A model generated the notes under the pieces. It saw only the letters and a program-made list of their open reading frames with translations. It was not told the origin of the DNA and did not search any database. 64,000 nucleotides of DNA from Candidatus Aenigmatarchaeota archaeon (GTDB lineage: Archaea > Aenigmatarchaeota > Aenigmatarchaeia > PWEA01), in the NCBI GenBank assembly GCA_046539325.1, contig JBKHHD010000004.1, forward strand, positions 25,352 through 89,351, given 5' to 3'. The number at the start of each line of letters is the position of its first letter. Positions within the stretch are counted from its first letter, which is position 1. Below are positions 57,439 through 64,000 of this stretch, one piece after another. The translations under genes were made by a program, and so were the position numbers.

Positions 57439-57996
57439 CTACTCCTCCCATTCTACAAGGTTTCCTCCCACCAGAAACTTGTTGCCTCCTACGTGGTGCA
57501 AGGCCTCCGCCTCCTCAGCCAAGAACCGACCGTCCTTCCAGAACTCTTCATCGATCTCTGCAGCAACTATCTCACCAACCACGACGTAGTGATCGCCGGC
57601 TTCGTGCATACCATCTACCACGCACTCCAGCCAGACAACAGCCTCTTTTATCCGTGAGGGCTCGACCTCCTCTGCTTCCTCAAGCTTAACCTCTGCTTCG
57701 TCCATCTTATTTGGGTTGTCCTTGAAGCTCTCACTTCCGAGGTACATGACATCGTCTAAAAAGTGCTTTGTCATAACGTTTACGACGAACTCGCCTGTGG
57801 CCTTGAGGTTTCCGTAGGTATACCTTTCCGGCGAGACCATGATAGCGACCATCGGAGGGTCATGTGAAACCGGCGAAAGCCAGGAAAACGAAGCTGCGTT
57901 GCATACATCCTCTTCATTCACTGTCGTAACCACGGAAGTAGGATGTGTCTGTATAAGCCTTACTACGTCCTTCGAATCCATGTCCATATTTACCAT
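57439..57996 (-). CDS. flavin reductase-like protein (FMN-binding split barrel)
   Basis: N.A.FSW, PP, GEFVVN, P.I.E....LEC, GDH...GE. Confidence 0.9.
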   Translation of the reverse strand: MVNMDMDSKDVVRLIQTHPTSVVTTVNEEDVCNAASFSWLSPVSHDPPMVAIMVSPERYTYGNLKATGEFVVNVMTKHFLDDVMYLGSESFKDNPNKMDEAEVKLEEAEEVEPSRIKEAVVWLECVVDGMHEAGDHYVVVGEIVAAEIDEEFWKDGRFLAEEAEALHHVGGNKFLVGGNLVEWEE

Positions 57997-58026
57997 CTTT
58001 TGATTTCACAAAGAGATTTATAATAT

Positions 58027-58535
58027 TTAATGACTGGAAAGCCAACCGTTCCCATACTCCAACGCATCAGGAATTTCAACCATATCTCCCCTCGTTACAT
58101 CTTTCCTTTCATAGAAACCCTGGTTTACCTCCAGCGCGTATCTGTAAGGTTCCGAAGGACTGTGCATTGTCGTTGTCTCTGACTCCATCCTTTGAATATC
58201 TATTATCCTTCCTCAAGGTGCTATAAAGGCGATCGAAAGAGGTATAGTTGTGTTTTTCATCCAAAAGGCTCCTGTTGTATTCTCTTCGTAGACGAACAAC
58301 ATCCCACAGTTCTTGCAGAGACTGTCCCTGTTCATAAGGCCCTGCTCTCTCTCTCCTGAGGCGTAATCGCTGTTTCGGCTTTGACGACCACTTTACCTTG
58401 ATTCCCCTGAATATTCACCTCCATTGTTTCCTTCTCGGATTGGTTTCCGCTCCCGAAAACGTAAAATCCAGAAAATACGAGAAGCACAGCTGATAAAACC
58501 ACAAAAGTCCTTCTGATCTTTTTAGAACTCATCAT
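58027..58535 (-). pseudogene. DUF192 family gene with frameshift and nonsense codon
   Basis: E.A.T...R, then GLM.R, GMLF, FWMKNT.IPL, ALEVN.G motifs; 2 extra nt in the (GA)n run 58345-58355 and in-frame TGA at 58213-58215. Confidence 0.85.
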
Positions 58536-58557
58536 ATTACAACCGCATTGATACCCA

Positions 58558-59223
58558 TCATTCAACAAGCCTGGCCTTCAGAACCTCCAAGTAACCAGTC
58601 TTGGTCCTTGGGTTCCACCTTATATCCGTAGTCTCCAGCTCTATCCTTTTGCCAAACATGGGACAGTCGACCACTAGGGTTTCAAACTCACCACCCTCTC
58701 CAGCAATATGTATCCTGTACTTCTCCTCCAGCTTCCCCAGTTCCTCTATTGCTTCTTTATCGAGCTTTCTACCAAGCCAGTTCTCGTCGAAGCCCTGGGC
58801 AGCGACCTTAGTAATCAAAACTTCAAAGCCTTCGTCAAGCAACTGCTCTAAAAGCTCGTGTTCGTCCATGTCCCAAAGTGGCGTCAAGCTCTCCAACCCG
58901 AACTCATCGCAGATACTTTGCACCTTCTCCCTCTGATAGTTTGAAGCCAGAGCTCCAGAAACCACACCCTCAACTTCTCTGCTAACTGCTTCCACAGCTT
59001 CTCTGAGAGGTTCTGTTCCTTCGCCAGAACCCTGTCTCCAGACCAGAGGAACTCCCATCGACTCGGACTGTAACTTTACAAGGTCCAGATTCTCGCTGTG
59101 GAGCAGCTCCGAATCCTCCTTGCCCTCGACGCATATAAGGTATTTTATATCATGCTCTTCTGCAACCTTCTTCAAAGCGTAGAGCGAATCCTTGCCTCCG
59201 GACACAAGAGCTGCTAACTTCAT
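58558..59223 (-). CDS. dph6: diphthine-ammonia ligase
   Basis: SGGKDS, GA..S.YQ, PLW, WLGR, GEGGEFETLV.D.P.F. Confidence 0.92.
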   Translation of the reverse strand: MKLAALVSGGKDSLYALKKVAEEHDIKYLICVEGKEDSELLHSENLDLVKLQSESMGVPLVWRQGSGEGTEPLREAVEAVSREVEGVVSGALASNYQREKVQSICDEFGLESLTPLWDMDEHELLEQLLDEGFEVLITKVAAQGFDENWLGRKLDKEAIEELGKLEEKYRIHIAGEGGEFETLVVDCPMFGKRIELETTDIRWNPRTKTGYLEVLKARLVE

Positions 59224-59269
59224 GCCAAAACCTATGTTTTTTATATTTAAGAAGATACATGGGATAACT

Positions 59270-60097
59270 ATGGACGTTGTATCCACACTCTACCAGTACC
59301 TTCCAGACGGTATGAACGTGATGTACTCCCTGATAACTATAGCAGCCGCAGTTCTAATAAACAGGCTCGTTTTCCACGGGTTAATCAACAGAATGGCAAA
59401 GAAGGCAGGTGTGGAAAAACACTACGTCAAGCCTCTTAGACATGCTTCCTCTGCCATAGTCTACCTCGCGGCCCTATTCACTATACTTTACATCTTCGGT
59501 GTAACCACATCACTTGCAAGCCTGGTCACAGGAGCCGGTATAGCAGGTATAGTTATAGGCCTAGCTCTCCAGGACGTACTCTCCGGTGTTATTTCCGGCA
59601 TCATTCTATTTGTAACAAGACCTTTCAAGATAGGGGACTGGGTTGAGATAAACAACTATGAAGGTATGGTGAAGGACCTGAGGCTTCAGAGGACTGAACT
59701 AATAACGCTGGACGGCGAAGATGTTACGCTTCCAAACAGCGAGGTGAACAACAGCCCAATAGTCAACAAGACTAAGAGCCCAGAGTCCAGGATAGAGGTG
59801 ACGATAGGTGTGGACTACGACACGGACATGGAGAAGGCCATAGGTATCTGTGAAGAAATACTGCAGGACAACGACTACGTCCTCTCTGACAAACCACAGA
59901 AGACATTGGTCCAGGAGTTTGGAGGTTCCTCGATAAACCTAACACTACGGTTCTGGATAAACAGAACCGAAATTCAGAACAGCAGCACAAACCTCGGACA
60001 GCTCAAGAGCGACATAAGGAACGAGATCGTCGAGCGCTTCAGAGAAAAGGACATAGAAATTCCATTCCCGCACATGGAGATTATCAAGAAGGATTAA
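59270..60097 (+). CDS. mscS: small-conductance mechanosensitive channel
   Basis: 3 TM, GLALQD, RPFKIGD, PN, IEIPFP. Confidence 0.93.
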   Translation: MDVVSTLYQYLPDGMNVMYSLITIAAAVLINRLVFHGLINRMAKKAGVEKHYVKPLRHASSAIVYLAALFTILYIFGVTTSLASLVTGAGIAGIVIGLALQDVLSGVISGIILFVTRPFKIGDWVEINNYEGMVKDLRLQRTELITLDGEDVTLPNSEVNNSPIVNKTKSPESRIEVTIGVDYDTDMEKAIGICEEILQDNDYVLSDKPQKTLVQEFGGSSINLTLRFWINRTEIQNSSTNLGQLKSDIRNEIVERFREKDIEIPFPHMEIIKKD

Positions 60098-60245
60098 CAA
60101 ACTTTCTTTCTGAACTGACCCACAGAAAAATATAAAAGAATAGGTTTCAATTTCTTCCTTAGTGGTTTTATGTCTGGGGTCCACGATTTATTCACAGCAG
60201 CAAATTCACCCCTGCCTGCTAGAAGTTCTTTGACTTGAGGATAAG

Positions 60246-61070
60246 ATGGAAGAGATTGATGAAGGCCTAGGAGAGCTGAAAGGGGAAGTGAAGATATCAG
60301 CCGTAGTTGCCAGTGACCCACACGCCTGGAAAAGAAATTTAGATGATATCGAAGAAGAAGTTACAAAGCTTTCTAACTACGCCGATGAGTATGACTGTGA
60401 CGAGCTTTGGATCGCGGGGGATATATGCTCACTTGATTACGCGCAGCTCGTTGCAGATTCTGAGTTCGAGAAAAAGAAGATTGTCCCTGGAAACCACGAT
60501 ACACTTGATAGAAACACACTCGAAAAGAACGGGCTTCTGGGAGAAGATGTAGAATGTAACGATAGGCTGGAGTGGGAAGAGGAAGTTGGAAGTGAAAAAC
60601 AAAAATTCTCTATCTCACACAAGCCCCATGACTTTGATACAAGGATTAACTGGTCAAGGGTGATGGACTATTGGCATCAACAGAAAGACGTAATAGTACA
60701 TGGACATTCACACATGTCCCGATATAGAGCCACGGACGAAAATATACTTGTCATAGGCTGCGGGAGTACCTTTAGGAATTTCTACGAGCCTCTAAATCCC
60801 AGAAGAAGTTGTCAGATACTCAAAGTCAATTCACATGTAAAGGTTTCTGAAATAGATATGGAAAAGGATGAAAAGGTCCTTGAAAAGAAATTTGGACGGA
60901 CAGATGATGGTTTTGAAGAGATGGAATCTATTGGAAAGGACTACCAAGAAAAGGTCTATCCCAAGAGCTATCCCAAAGAAATGCACTTCAAGGACCATCG
61001 GAATAAGATGTATCAGAGAGACTTCCAAAAAGAGCTTTACCGTCAAGGAGTCAACGATCCAAACTTCTAA
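60246..61070 (+). CDS. calcineurin-like metallophosphoesterase
   Basis: SDPH, GD, GNHD, H, HGHSH motifs. Confidence 0.85.
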   Translation: MEEIDEGLGELKGEVKISAVVASDPHAWKRNLDDIEEEVTKLSNYADEYDCDELWIAGDICSLDYAQLVADSEFEKKKIVPGNHDTLDRNTLEKNGLLGEDVECNDRLEWEEEVGSEKQKFSISHKPHDFDTRINWSRVMDYWHQQKDVIVHGHSHMSRYRATDENILVIGCGSTFRNFYEPLNPRRSCQILKVNSHVKVSEIDMEKDEKVLEKKFGRTDDGFEEMESIGKDYQEKVYPKSYPKEMHFKDHRNKMYQRDFQKELYRQGVNDPNF

Positions 61071-61201
61071 CTCATATAGACCAGTTCTCTAGTAGACTGA
61101 ATTAATTTAGAAGAAAAATAGAATAAATGGAGAAAATGGGTGTTTTGCAGACCAGTTCACTCCCTCAAACGCAAAGGCTTGTCCAATACCTGCCGAATTC
61201 C

Positions 61202-61609
61202 TTAAGCGTCAACTACAACTGTTTTGCCTGCTAGGTCACCGAGTCTCTGGTTCTTGTCCGTGACAGCTATGATTACGGCACCAACAATGTAGATGAACAT
61301 TCCGTCTATGATTCTCAGGATATTTCTGATGAAGGATGCCATCATGTCACATGGACTCCCGTCGTCTTTGACTACCTTGATACCGGTCACCATCTTCCCT
61401 ATCGTCTGTCCTTTGTAACCTTCCAGAAGGAAGAAGTACAGAAAGAACAGAACTGACCAGGCTCCTCCTAATGTCATGGCATCAGCGCCGAAGACCTGGA
61501 AGTTAAGTGACCCCGTATATGCGAAGCCTGCGATCATGAAAAACACGAAGCCAATTATTGTATCGATGATCACAGAAACGGCACGGATACCTATTCCTTT
61601 ATTTTCCAT
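61202..61609 (-). CDS. RDD family membrane protein
   Basis: R....ID, GQTIGK...IKVV, RN..R..D, QRLGD..G.T.VV. Confidence 0.93.
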   Translation of the reverse strand: MENKGIGIRAVSVIIDTIIGFVFFMIAGFAYTGSLNFQVFGADAMTLGGAWSVLFFLYFFLLEGYKGQTIGKMVTGIKVVKDDGSPCDMMASFIRNILRIIDGMFIYIVGAVIIAVTDKNQRLGDLAGKTVVVDA

Positions 61610-61790
61610 ATTTTTCACCTCCATGTATTAATTGTACTGCTTGCTTTTAACTTTCAGGGTATTTGGAGCGTTATATGCTTTTTAGAGGCCAAATCAAATC
61701 TAAGCTTTGTGACTTGCTTCAGTGTAATACCAAAGAGAAAACTGTAAACTTACCGGAGAAATATAAGCTTTTCCTTAACTATAATTTCCC

Positions 61791-62885
61791 ATGCCAATAA
61801 TCTCCGACGTAGACTATGAGGAATGCGAAGGTCTGGAATTTTGGACTGAAGACGGAGAGAAGGAGGACTTCGAGGGGATAAGCCAAGATCTGCGTATTGG
61901 CGATAAGCTATATAGACATAAGCCTAGGTCCGAACCAATAGGAATAGACGCTCTTTCCGGAGACTGGGAAAGGTTCAAGAACAAATACCTGGAGGAAGTT
62001 CCGGTAATCGAGGAGGACGACAGGGCACCTTCAGTGGACACAGGTGCAGAAAAGGCCTGGTTTATTCGGCCTGACGATACTTACTACACTGAAACCATGG
62101 AAAAGGTACAGTTGCCTGAAAACTTCTGTCTTGATGTTTCCAGCCGGAGTAGTTGGGCAAGGTACGGAATAGAAACTCAAAACGTTGAAGATGCTCTGGA
62201 TGAACACAAAGGCTACGAAGGACGTATACCGCTATGGATAATTCCCAGGGACAAACCTGTTGTTCTGAGAGAAAAGGACAGTATATGCCAGGGTGTTCCC
62301 TACTCCAAAGGAAGGGGCTGGCTGATGAACGATAAGCTCCTGGAAGTCTATGATAGGGATGGTGTAGACGCTAGTACTGAGGGTTCAGATTTCATTAAGG
62401 TATCTCCTAAATCGCCCTCGAAGAGCTACTATATTGAACTGACCCTCGATGATACAGTGAAGAAGTTTACAGGAGAGTGGATTGACCCGCGAGAAGATAA
62501 TTCTGATAAATACGAAGAAATAGATATACGTAATGGAGGGGTTGTGGTTGAAGGAGATGATTTTTACCTCGCTTCCTCAAAGGAAAAGGTCGAGTTAGAC
62601 GACGGCTATGCAGGCTATCTTGACTCAGAATCAAGAATAAGAGGACTAATGCCAGACATTGTCCACGCAAACGCACCTTGGATAAAACCAGGCTTTGAAG
62701 GCAATATTATCTTTGAAATATACAGTCTGATTCCACAAAAGACGGAAAAAGCCGAGGAACTACATGAAGGAAAAAACATCGGGGGATTTCTTCTCTGTGC
62801 TCTTAAAAATCCTTGTTCTAATTCCTACGACTCGAAATACGCCGGCCAAGAAGATGTAGTCACAAGCAAGATCCACCAAGAATAA
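61791..62885 (+). CDS. dcd: dCTP deaminase-like protein with two tandem dUTPase-like domains
   Basis: DLRIG, T.E.V.LP, SRSSWARYG, GYEG.I; second repeat S.EKV.L, IKPGFEGNIIFEI, Y.SKY.GQ. Confidence 0.75.
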   Translation: MPIISDVDYEECEGLEFWTEDGEKEDFEGISQDLRIGDKLYRHKPRSEPIGIDALSGDWERFKNKYLEEVPVIEEDDRAPSVDTGAEKAWFIRPDDTYYTETMEKVQLPENFCLDVSSRSSWARYGIETQNVEDALDEHKGYEGRIPLWIIPRDKPVVLREKDSICQGVPYSKGRGWLMNDKLLEVYDRDGVDASTEGSDFIKVSPKSPSKSYYIELTLDDTVKKFTGEWIDPREDNSDKYEEIDIRNGGVVVEGDDFYLASSKEKVELDDGYAGYLDSESRIRGLMPDIVHANAPWIKPGFEGNIIFEIYSLIPQKTEKAEELHEGKNIGGFLLCALKNPCSNSYDSKYAGQEDVVTSKIHQE

Positions 62886-62918
62886 ATGGAAAACTATGGA
62901 TCTAAGGTAGTAGAAAGA

Positions 62919-63404
62919 TCAACTCTGTAGATATGAACTATCCTCTACAAAATGTGGCTTCGGACGGTCGGTCCAGGTCGCACCGTCCGTCTTTTCGTTC
63001 ACGTAGTACCTTCGATAGGATTCAACTACGTTTTCTCGGGCATAGTTGTCCGGCATCGCCATAGGTCTATCGGTTACGCCGAGTGATGGAAGATCAGGCT
63101 TGTTTTTCTGGAGCCATTGCAATACCCTGGCCGTCTCGTGAACCTTGTTTCCGTATCTATGGTTATATTCTCCGAGAAGATTTTCCGCCAGGGACAGCAG
63201 CCAGTCGTAGTTCTCTATACTCTCCCTTGTCCATAAATTACAGGGATGGTTCACATGCGTCTTTTTGTAGGGTGCCTCGCTCCCGCTGACGTGATGGGCC
63301 GTAGAGAGCATCTGCGCCGACTCTATCAACATCTTGTTCACATGTCTGTCTGTGTGAAATCTCGCACACTTCTCCGGATCGAGATCCAGCACGAATATGT
63401 TCAT
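62919..63404 (-). CDS. pyrimidine-dimer DNA glycosylase/endonuclease V-like protein
   Basis: MNIF.LD.DP, D.HV.KM..E.AQMLST, TH.NHPC..W, EY..RY, AMPD, YR.YY; SD GAGGTGA before ATG 63404. Confidence 0.82.
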   Translation of the reverse strand: MNIFVLDLDPEKCARFHTDRHVNKMLIESAQMLSTAHHVSGSEAPYKKTHVNHPCNLWTRESIENYDWLLSLAENLLGEYNHRYGNKVHETARVLQWLQKNKPDLPSLGVTDRPMAMPDNYARENVVESYRRYYVNEKTDGATWTDRPKPHFVEDSSYLQS

Positions 63405-63507
63405 TTCTTTCACCTCGGACCTGATTAAAACAGTTTTCAACCCATTTAAACACATCGGAGAAACAGACAAAGCCGAACAGCTATACCAAAGGAAATCAAT
63501 ATCCGGC

Positions 63508-63870
63508 CTAGTTTTCCCTTGCCCTTCTTTCAACGTATTCTTTCAGCTTTCCTCTCTCTTCTCCGTTTCCCTGTAAATAGTAAACCTTGCTGTTACTTTT
63601 CTGTCTGAAGGCCTTCCTTGAATCGTATTTGTCTATCAACTCACCGTACTCCTCTGAATCGATCTCATCATCTTCCTGCAAGACATCGTAAAGCTCGTTT
63701 GAGTTCAAATCCAGTTCTTCTAAAAGTTCACCTGCCATAGCAGGGTCTTTCCGTAATCTCTCCTTAACTATCTTCTCATTCTCCTCGTAGACACGTTCTT
63801 CTTCCTTCTCTGATATCAAAATAACACCCAAATCAATAAGACACTGAAGCCTGAAATAATTAGTCTCCAA
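63508..63870 (-). CDS. hypothetical acidic protein
   Basis: 120-aa ORF; true start may be TTG 63819. Confidence 0.6.
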   Translation of the reverse strand: METNYFRLQCLIDLGVILISEKEEERVYEENEKIVKERLRKDPAMAGELLEELDLNSNELYDVLQEDDEIDSEEYGELIDKYDSRKAFRQKSNSKVYYLQGNGEERGKLKEYVERRAREN

Positions 63871-63915
63871 AAGCTTTTATTTTTAAGCTACATAGCCCGG
63901 GAACCAAACCGGATC

Positions 63916-63999
63916 TCATATCTCTTCCCTGAGCTTCCTGGCTACGGAATGTCTCACTTCCTCGGAAACATCTTCTTCCCTGTGGTAAGGCTTGTAGTG
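63916..63999 (-). CDS. 3' end of a hypothetical protein (partial)
   Basis: Open frame from window edge HYKPYHREEDVSEEVRHSVARKLREEI*. Confidence 0.45.
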   Translation of the reverse strand, partial: HYKPYHREEDVSEEVRHSVARKLREEI

Positions 64000-64000
64000 G

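Noticed and set aside
58213-58215. TGA recoding (selenocysteine or alternative genetic code)
   Set aside because: The same gene also has a frameshift, and TGA is a normal stop for many genes here
61078-61158. 10-bp direct repeat AGACCAGTTC flanking a convergent terminator region
   Set aside because: Two copies only, with no element between them; could be chance
1-64000. CRISPR array, rRNA, integrase or transposase
   Set aside because: No regularly spaced repeats, rRNA signatures or recombinase/transposase motifs seen by eye

Overview
Gene-dense (about 85 CDS) chromosomal window of an archaeon. Archaeal markers include Trm1, a beta-CASP nuclease, Hel308, RqcH/NFACT, Dph6, a COG1361 S-layer ABC module, TATA-type promoters and a BHB-intron tRNA. 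The Glu/Asp/Lys-rich proteins suggest a salt-adapted organism, possibly DPANN-like (inference only). Content: translation and RNA processing (serS, class II lysS, trm1, rtcA, kptA, yhaM), nucleotide salvage, smc-scpA-scpB with an unusually short Smc, transporters and many ORFans. No rRNA, CRISPR array, integrase or transposase was seen. Highlights: (1) a tightly packed five-gene operon encoding a thioredoxin/CcdA-like membrane protein, GcvH, DUF169, LplA and LplB, next to a Cys-bearing membrane-anchored regulator; it may be a lipoate-based trans-membrane redox system; (2) a tRNA-Thr(UGU) with two introns; (3) two candidate structured RNAs in intergenic gaps; (4) three membrane-tethered wHTH regulators, each with a candidate operator and an exported neighbour; (5) two orphan nuclease modules; (6) several disrupted genes (ppa, DUF192, a TIP49 stub, a small wHTH). 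All family calls come from motif recognition by eye, not database searches.
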